Assembly: GCA_963521185.1 (NCBI GenBank)
Contig: CAUQTV010000013.1
Coordinates: 8,383 to 40,382 of the forward strand
Reading direction: 5' to 3'
DNA length: 32,000 nt
Source: an uncultured Enterobacter sp.
Lineage (GTDB): Bacteria; Pseudomonadota; Gammaproteobacteria; Enterobacterales; Enterobacteriaceae
Position 1 is the stretch's first letter. Each line of letters begins with the position of its first letter. Under the pieces are notes generated by a model that saw only the letters and a program-made list of their open reading frames with translations, did no database searches and was not told where the DNA came from. Positions 1 through 9,416 of the stretch are shown here, in pieces. A program made the position numbers and the translations under genes.

Positions 1-249
1 CCGATTGCCGGTACGCCTGTCCGGTCTTCTGTGACAGGCCGGACGGTTGTTAACACCCCGTCCGTGAAACCGGACACCGGTGCCGGGCGGGTGACCGCGC
101 AGCGTATTCCTGATGCCACGCAGCGCCTGTGGATCGCCCCCTGGGTTGACACTGACGACAACTTTCATCAGCCCGCTGTCGTGGAGTTTGTGAAAAACAA
201 ATCCCGCTGGGATGAAGGGTTTCGGGTTATTGGGGAGGGCGGGGAATAA
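1..249 (+). CDS. traV: TraV, C-terminal part (F-type T4SS outer-membrane core lipoprotein); ORF open to the window start
   Basis: Frame 1 has no stop from nt 1. LWIAPWVDTDDNFHQPAVVEFV resembles the conserved LWIAPYID..YHQPS C-terminal motif of F TraV. The stop overlaps the traC start (TAATG). Confidence 0.8.
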   Translation, partial: PIAGTPVRSSVTGRTVVNTPSVKPDTGAGRVTAQRIPDATQRLWIAPWVDTDDNFHQPAVVEFVKNKSRWDEGFRVIGEGGE

Positions 250-2858
250 TGAGTGATTTTCTCGACAGTGTGATGAGCCTCGTTCGCGGGCGTGGTGAGG
301 CTGACGGGGCGGCAAGAGCAAAAGCCAACCTGCAGCAGACGTGGGATTATCCCTCGCTTATCGCGTCCCTGCCGTACCGTTACTACGATGATGTGAACGA
401 TCTCTTTATTAATACCGGCACGGCGGGCTTCATTATGGAAGCCGCACCGCTGCCGGGTGCGAATGAACAGATTGTCGCCGCCCTGGATGACATGCTGCGT
501 AAGAAACTGCCCCGCAAGACACCGGTCACCGTGATAATGGTCGCCAGCAAGTGTGTTGGGGAGCGGATCAAGAACGGCGTCAGTGATGATATGTGGAAAG
601 GAGGGATGGCCGATCATCTCAATAAAATCACGCGCGCCTTCTGGGAACGTTCTGCGCTGAAAGGCCTGGCTAACAAGCGGGAATACCCACTATACCTGCG
701 CAATTACCGGGTGTTTATCGTCTACGGCAAGGCCATGAAGCGCCACAGCCAGCAGCTGACCGATGAGCTGATCCAGGTCCGCAACACCATCCGCGTCTCA
801 CTTGATGCCGCGCGCATTGAAACGGTCAACACCGGCGTGAACGAGTTTTTGTCTGTGATGCGGGAGCTGACCAACTACCGTCACGCACAGGTCATGCCGG
901 CCAGCCCGGAATATAACGAAGACGAGCTGCTTAACCGTCAGATAGTCGACCAGGGCATTGATGTTAATGTGCGCCCGTCGTATATCCGCCTTGAGCTGCC
1001 GGAAGAAGCTGGCCACAACGTCACGACCCGGCGTGAACCAGCGTCTGCCTGTCGTGTCGTCAACATGCAGCTGGCCAAAAACCCCAAACGCTTTGCGCTC
1101 TGGCAGGGCGCAGATAACCTGCAGAACCTGCGTTATCCCGATCTGGGTATTCCCTGTCCCTTCATGCTCACCTGGACCATCGAGCTTGAGGAACAGACTA
1201 AAAGCCAGGGTGAGGCGATGCGCAAGGACATGGATTTAAGTAAAAAGGCGGCGTCCGCTTACGGCCAGCTGTTCCCCGGCACAAAACGGGCCGCAGAGGA
1301 GTGGCGACGGACCCGCGAGCAGCTGCACAGCAATGAAATATCCCTCTGCCGCTTCTACTTTAACCTGACGCTGTTCACCCCCGACAATGATCAGGATGCG
1401 CTCTCCTGTGAACTGGCGGCAGTGAACGTCTTTCGTAAAAACGAGCTGGAGATGGTTGCGCCCCAGTATCAGCAGATGCGTAACTGGCTGGCCGGCTTCC
1501 CATTCGTGATTCAGGAAGGCATGTGGGAAGACCTCAAAGCCACGGGCGCGACGCTGCGCGCCAAGAGCTGGAATGCGGTCAATTTGATGCCGGTTGTGGG
1601 CGAGCGCCAGCTTTCCTATAAGGGCATGCCGCTGCCAACCTACCGGAACCAGGTGGCCTTCTTTGACATGTTCGGGGAGGAAAACGGCAGCACCAACTTT
1701 AACATCGCAGTCACCGGCACCTCCGGAGCAGGTAAGTCGTTCCTGACACAGGGCATACTGCGAGATGTGCTGAACGCCGGCGGGTTTGGCTGGGTGATTG
1801 ATATGGGTGACAGTTATAAGAACTACTGCCACCAGGCGGGCGGTGTGTACCTTGACGGCGCGAAACTGCGCTTTAACCCGTTTGCCAACGTGAAAAACAT
1901 TGATGAGTCTGCGGAAGGGATTGTCCGCCTGCTGGCAGTACTGGCCAGCCCGACGGCAGCCCTGGACGCGGTGTTTGAAGCCATTCTGCAAAAAGCGGTC
2001 GTACACGCATGGGAACTGAAGCAAAACGAGGCGCGCATTGATGACGTGCATAACTACCTGACCAGCACTGAGATAAATGAGGCGTTTGCCGACAAACCCA
2101 CCATTCTCTCGCGGCTGGCTGAACTGGCCATGCTGCTGGAAACCTACTGTACCTGGGGACCTGACGGCGAATACTTTAATGCGGCCACACCGACACTGGA
2201 CGGTGAAACCCGCTTTGCAGTTCTGGAGTTGCTGAGCCTGGAAGACAAGCCGAAGCTGCTCTCTGCGATCCTGTTTTCGCTCATTCTCGCGATTCAGGAA
2301 AAGATGTACCACAGCCCGAGAAACCTGAAAAAAGTCTGCATTATCGATGAGGCCTGGCGACTGCTCGGTGGCTCCAACCCGCACGCAGCACGGTTTATCG
2401 AAACCGGTTATCGTACCGTGCGCCGCCACCGCGGGGCGTTCGTCACCATCACCCAGGGCATCAGGGACTTCACCGCCAGTAAGGAAGCCGAAGCGGCCTG
2501 GAACAACAGCTCCACCAAAATCACCCTGCTGCAGGATGCGAAAGCCTTCAAACAGTACCTGTCTGACAACCCGGATCAGTTCCTCCCCGTTGAGCAGGAA
2601 GTTATCCGCTATTTCCAGAAAGCGCTCTCTACTGGTTTCAGTTCTCTGCTGATAACTGCAGGTGAATTCAGCTCCTTCCACCGGCTGTTCGTGGATCCGG
2701 TCACCCGCGCCATGTTCAGCTCGAAGGGGGAGGACTTTGCGTTTATGCAGGAGGCACAGAAAGCCGGGGCAACGGCGGAGGAAGCCGCATACCTGCTGGC
2801 AGAAAAAGAGTTTGGTGAAGAACTGAAGGAGCTTGAAGAATGGGTGAAAGCAGCATGA
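249..2858 (+). CDS. traC: TraC, VirB4-family T4SS ATPase
   Basis: 869 aa (F TraC is about 875 aa). Walker A GTSGAGKS lies at nt 1716-1739, and a Walker B-like CIIDEAW follows downstream. It sits between traV and trbI/traW. Confidence 0.95.
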   Translation: MSDFLDSVMSLVRGRGEADGAARAKANLQQTWDYPSLIASLPYRYYDDVNDLFINTGTAGFIMEAAPLPGANEQIVAALDDMLRKKLPRKTPVTVIMVASKCVGERIKNGVSDDMWKGGMADHLNKITRAFWERSALKGLANKREYPLYLRNYRVFIVYGKAMKRHSQQLTDELIQVRNTIRVSLDAARIETVNTGVNEFLSVMRELTNYRHAQVMPASPEYNEDELLNRQIVDQGIDVNVRPSYIRLELPEEAGHNVTTRREPASACRVVNMQLAKNPKRFALWQGADNLQNLRYPDLGIPCPFMLTWTIELEEQTKSQGEAMRKDMDLSKKAASAYGQLFPGTKRAAEEWRRTREQLHSNEISLCRFYFNLTLFTPDNDQDALSCELAAVNVFRKNELEMVAPQYQQMRNWLAGFPFVIQEGMWEDLKATGATLRAKSWNAVNLMPVVGERQLSYKGMPLPTYRNQVAFFDMFGEENGSTNFNIAVTGTSGAGKSFLTQGILRDVLNAGGFGWVIDMGDSYKNYCHQAGGVYLDGAKLRFNPFANVKNIDESAEGIVRLLAVLASPTAALDAVFEAILQKAVVHAWELKQNEARIDDVHNYLTSTEINEAFADKPTILSRLAELAMLLETYCTWGPDGEYFNAATPTLDGETRFAVLELLSLEDKPKLLSAILFSLILAIQEKMYHSPRNLKKVCIIDEAWRLLGGSNPHAARFIETGYRTVRRHRGAFVTITQGIRDFTASKEAEAAWNNSSTKITLLQDAKAFKQYLSDNPDQFLPVEQEVIRYFQKALSTGFSSLLITAGEFSSFHRLFVDPVTRAMFSSKGEDFAFMQEAQKAGATAEEAAYLLAEKEFGEELKELEEWVKAA

Positions 2859-3265
2859 CGACACCGGATGAATCAAACAGCGCCGGTGCGGTAGAGGAAG
2901 GTGAAGTCCGCATCAGCAGCGGGCGGAAATGGGGCGTGTGGGTGACGGGCATAACGGCTGCGCTGACGGCGACGGTCGCGATAAGTCTTCTCACGGTCCG
3001 GCTGGCCACGCCGGCCATCGTGACCTTCGATATGAAAGGCACAATGGACATGTTCATGCAGCAGTCGGCGCAGCAGAAACTGGATGAGGCCAGCGCGAAG
3101 GTGCTCACCCGACGGTTCAACGCGGCGCTGACGCAAAGCCTCAGTGACTGGCAGCAGGAGCATAACGTGATCATCCTGGTGTCCCCGGCCGTCGTCAGCG
3201 CGCAGCCCGATATTACGCCGCAAATACGTAATGAAATTGCGCAGCGCATGCAGGAGGCGAAATGA
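2840..3265 (+). CDS. trbI: TrbI-like bitopic inner-membrane protein (pilus retraction/assembly accessory)
   Basis: 141 aa with one hydrophobic helix (WVTGITAALTATVAISLLTV). It occupies the traC-traW position of F trbI. An alternative start at 2855 forms an ATGA overlap with the traC stop. Its own stop overlaps the traW ATG. Confidence 0.65.
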   Translation: MGESSMTTPDESNSAGAVEEGEVRISSGRKWGVWVTGITAALTATVAISLLTVRLATPAIVTFDMKGTMDMFMQQSAQQKLDEASAKVLTRRFNAALTQSLSDWQQEHNVIILVSPAVVSAQPDITPQIRNEIAQRMQEAK

Positions 3266-3897
3266 AGATGCACCGCGGGCTGGCTGGCGTAATGTTACTG
3301 GCGATAACGGCAACAGCAGGCGCAAAAGACCTCGGCACGTGGGGCGCAGTGTTCGAGCCGGCAGAACAGGATATGTTGGTCTTCATTCAGAACCGCCTGC
3401 AGACGATGGAGCAAAGCGGTGAACTGGACCGACTTAAAAACGAAGCCATTGATCGGGTGAAGAAAAACGCCGTCCGGCCACCGCCGGTGACCGGGCTGAC
3501 GCACGCCACCAAATACCGCACCTTCAGCTTTGATCCGACCTTCACCGTTAACGAAACCATCAGTGATACGAAGGGAAACATTATCGCCCGCAAAGGCGAC
3601 AGGGTTAACCCGTTCGATAAAGTACCCTTTAGTGAGACGCTTTACTTCCTCGATGGAGACAACCCTGACGAGCTGGCATGGGTTAAGAGGGAGATCACCG
3701 GCACGACAAACTTCAAGGTGATCCTGGTGAACGGCAACATTAAAGACACCAGTGACGCGCTCGATGAGCGGATTTATTTTGACCAGGCTGGCGTATTGAC
3801 CACAAAATTCGGGTTTGAACACACGCCTGTACGCATTACGCGAGACGATCGCGTAATGAAAATTGAAGAAATCCCGGTTAAGTCAGGTGGCAAATAA
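3262..3897 (+). CDS. traW: TraW, periplasmic pilus-assembly protein
   Basis: 211 aa with a signal peptide. DLGTWG..EPDML, ..LYF.DGD.P..AW.. and RIYFDQ.GVL motifs are collinear with F TraW (210 aa). Confidence 0.9.
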   Translation: MKMHRGLAGVMLLAITATAGAKDLGTWGAVFEPAEQDMLVFIQNRLQTMEQSGELDRLKNEAIDRVKKNAVRPPPVTGLTHATKYRTFSFDPTFTVNETISDTKGNIIARKGDRVNPFDKVPFSETLYFLDGDNPDELAWVKREITGTTNFKVILVNGNIKDTSDALDERIYFDQAGVLTTKFGFEHTPVRITRDDRVMKIEEIPVKSGGK

Positions 3898-3981
3898 ACG
3901 TTTCCGTTCCCCTCTGACCTCCCCTTAACGCGCATCCCACATACAGAAAACCGCACATCCACCGCAATTATGGAGCTGACC

Positions 3982-4263
3982 ATGTCAACAACATTAGGCG
4001 ATCTGTTCCCCCAGCTGAATAACTGTCGGCAGGAGCAGAAAAAGTCACAAAAGCCAGTCCGTAAAGGAACGGCTCAAAAACTTAAAGATCTCTATCCTGA
4101 AATTGAATCATGGAATTCTGTTTTCGTCACGCAGGCCTGGTTCCACTGGCTGAGATCAATCGGAATGGCACTGAAGGAGCCGGATAAACGCGATGAACGT
4201 TTCCCGACTTTCCTGATAGATAAAATCCAGGGGGAAATGCGGGAGACTGGACAATGGCGCTGA
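3982..4263 (+). CDS. Hypothetical 93-aa protein (first ORF of the traW-traU insertion)
   Basis: The ORF track starts at 3970, but GGAG at 3972-3975 sits 6 nt upstream of the ATG at 3982. The 3' end overlaps the next ORF by 10 nt. No recognisable motif. Confidence 0.5.
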   Translation: MSTTLGDLFPQLNNCRQEQKKSQKPVRKGTAQKLKDLYPEIESWNSVFVTQAWFHWLRSIGMALKEPDKRDERFPTFLIDKIQGEMRETGQWR

Positions 4264-5273
4264 CAAATAAGGAAGTGTTCGAGTTAATAAGCGCAGCCGC
4301 TATAGGTTTGGTGATTATCAGCATGCTGATACGGTGGTTTTTACACCGTCATCATCAGGCCGGTCCGTATACGGTGCCTCAGGAAGAGCTGATATTCAGC
4401 AGTACAGGGAATGGCCGTGCAGTATGGGAACATGCAAATGATGCTTTTTATGCTTATTTATTAAAGGAACTCCAGACTGCGCTTAAACGGGAGGGTTATT
4501 GCCTGACCCGCAAAGTGTCGGAACGCACGATGATGCCTGAACATGTCCGCAGGCGCATCAGTGAAACAATGGTACGCATGCGCGGACATTACCTGGCACC
4601 AAAGCAGGATGAAAAAGCGCTTCAGAACTGTGTCGAAATTAGCCTGACTGATGGATATGCTGATACCTTGCTGGAGTGGCTCTTTAAAGGATGTGAGGCT
4701 CAGGGCTGGCATATTGCCCTTTGTGCAGATGCCAGCGGGGCAGGTGAATATACTCCCTTTCAAACAACCTGGTCAGCGCATGCTTACCCGCTGCAACAGG
4801 TCATTATTCAGGTCACTGCGAGCAACCGTGCAATTACCAGCGACCTGACCCGCTGTCTTGAGACGATCGCCGGGACGCTGCGGGAAACACCTTTCCCGGC
4901 TTCAGGGGATAGCATGAAGCTTGCGGGGAATTATGGTTACACCGGTTCGACAAATCCATACCTGCCGGTGAACTACGAACTGCTTTGCCAGCACTGCGCG
5001 ATATCGCCTGGATTTTTTGTCGACGATTACGGCAGTGTACTACCGCATTATTTTGATGAAGAGCGCGAAAGACTGAAGTCTCTTCCGGGCCTTCATATCA
5101 CCGTCGTTGTGCAGGGAACGCGTCATACCTTTACTGAAACCCTGGCGCAGTTTGTTGAGCAGGCTGCGAAACGACTGCGTCTCGGAGAGCATGAAGGTGC
5201 GGAATATGATGACGATGCAGGCTATGCCTTCATTAAAGAGCGCATCGCTGTTCCTGAGGTCGAGTCAACATAG
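4254..5273 (+). CDS. Hypothetical 339-aa protein with one N-terminal TM helix
   Basis: Long ORF in tra orientation, coupled to the upstream ORF. Hydrophobic segment AAAIGLVIISMLIRWFL near the N-terminus. No family recognised. Confidence 0.65.
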   Translation: MALTNKEVFELISAAAIGLVIISMLIRWFLHRHHQAGPYTVPQEELIFSSTGNGRAVWEHANDAFYAYLLKELQTALKREGYCLTRKVSERTMMPEHVRRRISETMVRMRGHYLAPKQDEKALQNCVEISLTDGYADTLLEWLFKGCEAQGWHIALCADASGAGEYTPFQTTWSAHAYPLQQVIIQVTASNRAITSDLTRCLETIAGTLRETPFPASGDSMKLAGNYGYTGSTNPYLPVNYELLCQHCAISPGFFVDDYGSVLPHYFDEERERLKSLPGLHITVVVQGTRHTFTETLAQFVEQAAKRLRLGEHEGAEYDDDAGYAFIKERIAVPEVEST

Positions 5274-5369
5274 TCACCCCCCCGTTCTGGCTGAATATTC
5301 GTTGCTTACCGCGTTGCGCTCAGCATCATCCGGACGCCTCCTGATTACATCTTTTGAAAAGGTATCGCT

Positions 5370-5579
5370 ATGCAAAAAGACCCTGAAAGCAAAAGGGCCA
5401 GAACGACTGACATTTCTTCCATGCGCCTTGATGAGCAAGCGAAAGCTGAAATTATTGCCATCCTGGGTGAAAACCCGCTGTATAACCGGTCCGTTATCCT
5501 GCGTGGCGCCCTGCTTGTTCTGTCCCGTCTCCCCAAAAAAGAGCGCGAAGCTGCCATTCTCGAAGCCGCTGCCCGCTAA
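5370..5579 (+). CDS. Small ribbon-helix-helix-like protein (putative DNA-binding regulator)
   Basis: 69 aa. The pattern is a basic N-terminus, then a short beta-like segment (ISSMRLDEQ) followed by two helices, typical of CopG/Arc/MetJ-type RHH folds. AAGG lies 7 nt upstream of the ATG. The fold call comes from sequence pattern only. Confidence 0.45.
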   Translation: MQKDPESKRARTTDISSMRLDEQAKAEIIAILGENPLYNRSVILRGALLVLSRLPKKEREAAILEAAAR

Positions 5580-5647
5580 GTCTTCGCTCCCGTAATCAGC
5601 CCGCCCGCCTTTCCCGGTGGCCGTGGCACTCCATTAAGGTTTATTCC

Positions 5648-5989
5648 ATGTCCCAACCTGAAAAAATCGGGCCGGTGCCGGTTGTCCGCGATCGTTTCGG
5701 CTTCTTTTCACACCCGCTGTATTTCACTCCCGCTGACGATAGTGACTTTGGTCGTCCGGGCGAGTTTGATGCCTGGCTTGCGGCGAACCATCTTGAGATG
5801 GTGCTGACGTCAATGGATACAGAAGACGGGTCTGTCGCGGCGCTGCAGTTCGCGATGACCGGGGCCTTCACGCAGTGGAAACCGGAAAGCCCGGCAGGCG
5901 CAGGGTGGTTTGTCGGCTCCCTGCATGAAAATGAAGATGACGGCCCGGTGTGCATCTGGTTACGGGAGGTGACATGCGTCGCTATCTGA
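5648..5989 (+). CDS. Hypothetical strongly acidic 113-aa protein
   Basis: AAGG lies 8 nt upstream of the ATG. By hand count it has 17 Asp/Glu and 6 Lys/Arg. The 3' end overlaps the traU start by 16 nt. No family recognised. Confidence 0.55.
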   Translation: MSQPEKIGPVPVVRDRFGFFSHPLYFTPADDSDFGRPGEFDAWLAANHLEMVLTSMDTEDGSVAALQFAMTGAFTQWKPESPAGAGWFVGSLHENEDDGPVCIWLREVTCVAI

Positions 5990-6978
5990 GGTTGCTGCTG
6001 TTTTTGTCCGGGATGCTTGCGTTGCTTCTTTTCAGTGCGCCATCTTCTGCTGCTGCGAGTAACGCCGGTGATGGACGCTGGGTAAACCCTATCTCGGATG
6101 TCTGCTGGAAATGCCTGTTCCCTATGTCAGTCGGCAGTATCAAGCTTGCTTCCGGTCCTCAGCCGGACACCTCGAATCCTGCGTCGCCCATCCAGATTTG
6201 CTCATATGGTGTGCTTTATCGTATGGGCCTGGCCATTGGCTACTGGGAACCAGTAGCCATGACCGACGTTACGCGCGAACCGGGTGTGATGGTGAATATG
6301 GGCGGATTCAAAATTGACCTTGGGCGCACAGGAACCGGAACCGCAGGTCAAAGTGACCGACCGAATGCCGGCGCGTTCTACCATGTTCACTGGTACAAAT
6401 ATCCGCTCATCTCCTGGCTCAGCATCATGACCAGCACAGGATGTTTCCAGGGAGGAGATATGGACATTGCATATCTGTCCGAGGTCGATCCACTGTGGAA
6501 TGACTCGACGCTCTCAATGCTGATCAATCCCGAAGCGGCGCTGTTTGGCAATCTTATAGCACAGGCTGCATGTGCTGCAGACGCAGTAGCCAGTACAGCG
6601 GGTGTGCCGTTATCACCTCTGTTCTGGTGTGCCGGCAGTCAGGGTTCCATGTACCCATTTACCGGCTTTACCAGTGGTGAGTTTTCCCCGCTGGAGTCAT
6701 CTTTGCTGGTCAGTGAGCGCATGGCGTTCAAGTTACACCGGGAAGGACTTGTGATGAACACCGTCGGAGCTGACTTTGCGGTTTGTTATGAGTATCCATC
6801 GCCTATTGTACCCAAAGAGCGCTGGCGCTATCAGATGGTTAACATGTATCCCGAAACTTCCAGCTGTCATGCCTTTGGAGCGAGCACCCAGACCTGGGGT
6901 ACGCCCCATAACTCTCCTCAGTCGAAGAAAAACTTCGGTTATCTGCTCTGGCGCAAACGCAACTGCGTCTATTCGTGA
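5974..6978 (+). CDS. traU: TraU, periplasmic pilus-assembly/DNA-transfer protein
   Basis: The ORF track begins at GTG 5950, but GGGAGG (5964-5969) precedes the ATG at 5974, which opens a signal peptide (MRRYLRLLLFLSGMLALLLFSAPSSA). NPISDVCWKCLFPMSVG matches the conserved TraU N-terminal Cys motif. Confidence 0.9.
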   Translation: MRRYLRLLLFLSGMLALLLFSAPSSAAASNAGDGRWVNPISDVCWKCLFPMSVGSIKLASGPQPDTSNPASPIQICSYGVLYRMGLAIGYWEPVAMTDVTREPGVMVNMGGFKIDLGRTGTGTAGQSDRPNAGAFYHVHWYKYPLISWLSIMTSTGCFQGGDMDIAYLSEVDPLWNDSTLSMLINPEAALFGNLIAQAACAADAVASTAGVPLSPLFWCAGSQGSMYPFTGFTSGEFSPLESSLLVSERMAFKLHREGLVMNTVGADFAVCYEYPSPIVPKERWRYQMVNMYPETSSCHAFGASTQTWGTPHNSPQSKKNFGYLLWRKRNCVYS

Positions 6979-6987
6979 GGTCGGACA

Positions 6988-7608
6988 ATGAAAAATGCTT
7001 ATTTACAGGCCCTGTTTATCAGCGGCCTGTTTTTTTGCACGTCGGTGGTGGCCGCAAGTGAACAGGCCACGATATCCGGACGTGACAGGGACTGGATGAA
7101 ACAGCAGCAACAGGCACTGCAGGAATTCAAAAGCACCCTGCAGGAACAGCGTATGCAACTGCCACCCGCACAACGTGACCTGGTCAGTCGTTTGCAGGGA
7201 GACATCTCGGCCCGGCAGGCGGCGTCAGGACAGGGTGAAAAACCTGCTTTCCCGGCGCTGTATTTTGTGTCTCTGGGCATACCTCGGGAAGGATTGCTGC
7301 CGATGCTTAAGGACGCAACCCGCTATGGGATCCCGGCAACCATCCGGGGGCTGTTGAATAACGATTTACGCCAGACCGCATCAGCGATGTTTGAGCTGGC
7401 CAAAGAGGACAAAAATATCGGGGTTCAGATTGACCCGACCCTGTTCAGTGAATACCACATCAGCGCCGTACCCGCTCTGGTAGTGACCTGCCCGGGACAT
7501 TTTGATGTCATACGCGGCAGTTTGCCGCTGGCACAGGCACTGGAGAAAATTGCAAAAGCCGGTGATTGTGCCACTACTGCACGCAAGTTGCTGGAGGAGG
7601 CCAGATGA
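6988..7608 (+). CDS. trbC: TrbC, periplasmic pilus-assembly protein
   Basis: 206 aa with a signal peptide. ALYFVS.GIP.EGL..ML....YGIPATIRG..NNDL and VQIDPTLFS.Y.I..VPALVV are collinear with F TrbC. Confidence 0.9.
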   Translation: MKNAYLQALFISGLFFCTSVVAASEQATISGRDRDWMKQQQQALQEFKSTLQEQRMQLPPAQRDLVSRLQGDISARQAASGQGEKPAFPALYFVSLGIPREGLLPMLKDATRYGIPATIRGLLNNDLRQTASAMFELAKEDKNIGVQIDPTLFSEYHISAVPALVVTCPGHFDVIRGSLPLAQALEKIAKAGDCATTARKLLEEAR

Positions 7609-9416
7609 AATACCTGATTTTCATCGCTGCGCTGATGATGTCTTTACCGGCACTGGCTGATGCAAATAGTGACGCATTCAATGCCGGGGCGAGTTACGGA
7701 AAAGGCAATGCCTCACAGGGAACGGGAAGCCTGAGTAACCCTGGAGCCGTAACCAGTACGATCCCCGGTTACACCACAAACCCACCTCAAAGCAGTTATT
7801 ACGGAGGTGTGACCGGTGGCGACAGCGGATTGAGCAGTAGTGGGCAGACGGCGCTTGGTGCCAGTGAGGCTGGTCAGGCAATTATCAGTTCCGGCACAAC
7901 CAACCCACCCCCGGCTATCGATCCCAGTGCGCCTTACATCACTATTGGCAAGCAGGCTGAAGGGGGGGCGGGTTCTGTCCTGGATGGTACAGGCAAACAG
8001 TGCACACAAACCGGAATCTCAAAATCCACCTTTGAATCATACACATGCGAGCGTGATGTTTGGCTCGAGCAAAGTTGCTCCCGGACCGGGACCGCGAGCG
8101 GATCCATGGGCGCGCCGGTTGCCACAACGAAGACGGTAACTATTACAAATGAAAGTTTCATCGGGGATGGCCGGACGTTCAGAGTGACCATGCCTGAAAA
8201 TATGATCGTCACCAGTGCAAAGTTACTGGCCGATAAATCACTGTTCGGTGCCAGTGGCTCGTTTATGAATACCGGTATCAGTCTCGACGGTACGTCGTCA
8301 TATGACCTGAATTTTACCGGTAGTGTATCTGCCGGGCAGGTCTTCACCTCCAGTGAATTCTGTAGTAATCAATGTAATGCAGCCACTAAAAGCCTTATTT
8401 CTCAGTCATTTGAGAACCAGCATATAGGCTTCACTCTGATACTGAATACGGTGAGTTACGAACAGACGTTTGTGCCAGCTGTAAAATGGACGGAATCCTG
8501 CGCGATTAGCAAAACGGGTGCAGTGAAGACTGGCTCAACGTGTACAGCAGTTGGCGGTAGCCGTCCGGTCACCGTGGACGGCAATACGTATCAGGTCCAG
8601 AGCGATTGCTGGCAGTACACAGATACCTACCTGACGAAAGCAAATTCAAATGGTAACTGTGATGCGCTGATGAAAAATACGGCCTGTACCGTAAATTCAA
8701 CGACCTGTAATCAGAAAACGGGCAGCTACTGTGAGCATGAGACGCTGACGTATGAATGCCAGACAGTCCATTCATCTGTGGGCCTTGTGTGTGGTGGGCA
8801 GTATTTTTGCCAGTCTGGTGAATGCAGCGATACCGATGGTGCCGGGGACAGCGGGTTTGATACCGCTGTGGCCAAACTTGCTGGTCTTGCCTCAGCCGCT
8901 GATGACGTGAAAAGCGATACCGTCAACGTCAAAGCCTTTACCGGACAGGTGATGAGCTGTCGTAAGTCTGGTGCCGGATTTTCTAACTGCTGTAAGGACT
9001 CCGGCTGGGGACAGGATACCGGGCTGGCTTCCTGCAATAGTAATGAAATGGCGTTGGGTAAAGCCAAAGCAAAAAAAGTAACCGTCAGTCTGGGTGATCG
9101 GTGTGACCATTCAGTTCTCGGCGTTTGCATCCAGAAAAGCAAAGTGTACTGCGTCTTTGGCGGCATGCTGGCCCGCATCATTCAGGAGCAGGGCCGTCGC
9201 GATCAGCTGCACGTGTCATTTGGCAACGGCAACAGCCCGAACTGCCGGGGCATTACAGTACCGGAACTGCAGGGTATTAACTTCGACCTCATCAACTTCG
9301 CAGATTTCTACGACGATCTGATGGATAACCAGAAAATACCGGATTCAGCGGTGATGGTTAAACAGGTGAAAGACAGGATCGCCGCCCAGGTGAACCAGCA
9401 GACCGGAGGCAAATGA
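7605..9416 (+). CDS. traN: TraN, Cys-rich outer-membrane mating-pair stabilisation protein
   Basis: GGAGGAGG lies upstream of the ATG at 7605, which forms an ATGA overlap with the trbC stop. The ORF track start at 7566 is probably too early. About 603 aa with a signal peptide and many conserved Cys in the C-terminal half, positioned between trbC and traF. Confidence 0.9.
   Translation: MKYLIFIAALMMSLPALADANSDAFNAGASYGKGNASQGTGSLSNPGAVTSTIPGYTTNPPQSSYYGGVTGGDSGLSSSGQTALGASEAGQAIISSGTTNPPPAIDPSAPYITIGKQAEGGAGSVLDGTGKQCTQTGISKSTFESYTCERDVWLEQSCSRTGTASGSMGAPVATTKTVTITNESFIGDGRTFRVTMPENMIVTSAKLLADKSLFGASGSFMNTGISLDGTSSYDLNFTGSVSAGQVFTSSEFCSNQCNAATKSLISQSFENQHIGFTLILNTVSYEQTFVPAVKWTESCAISKTGAVKTGSTCTAVGGSRPVTVDGNTYQVQSDCWQYTDTYLTKANSNGNCDALMKNTACTVNSTTCNQKTGSYCEHETLTYECQTVHSSVGLVCGGQYFCQSGECSDTDGAGDSGFDTAVAKLAGLASAADDVKSDTVNVKAFTGQVMSCRKSGAGFSNCCKDSGWGQDTGLASCNSNEMALGKAKAKKVTVSLGDRCDHSVLGVCIQKSKVYCVFGGMLARIIQEQGRRDQLHVSFGNGNSPNCRGITVPELQGINFDLINFADFYDDLMDNQKIPDSAVMVKQVKDRIAAQVNQQTGGK

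Noticed and set aside
1236-2876. 546-aa minus-strand ORF antisense to traC. Similar long antisense ORFs occur at 19252-19875, 20293-20853, 22839-23432, 23493-24137 and 24690-25223.
   Set aside because: They lie entirely opposite genes with strong, motif-supported homology on the + strand. Their products are Arg/Gly/Pro-rich low-information sequences with no SD or family resemblance. Such shadow ORFs are expected in GC-rich coding DNA.
3898-5989. Possibility that the traW-traU insertion is a transposon or IS.
   Set aside because: I could find no terminal inverted repeats, flanking direct repeats or transposase-like ORF by eye. It is reported only as an insertion of unknown origin.
7566-7604. 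Upstream extension of traN (MCHYCTQVAGGGQ...). Analogous upstream extensions occur for traU (5950), traH (12221), trbB (11192), traQ (11080) and the recombinase (30744).
   Set aside because: In each case an internal start with a clear Shine-Dalgarno sequence opens directly into a signal peptide or conserved N-terminus. The extensions overlap the preceding gene.
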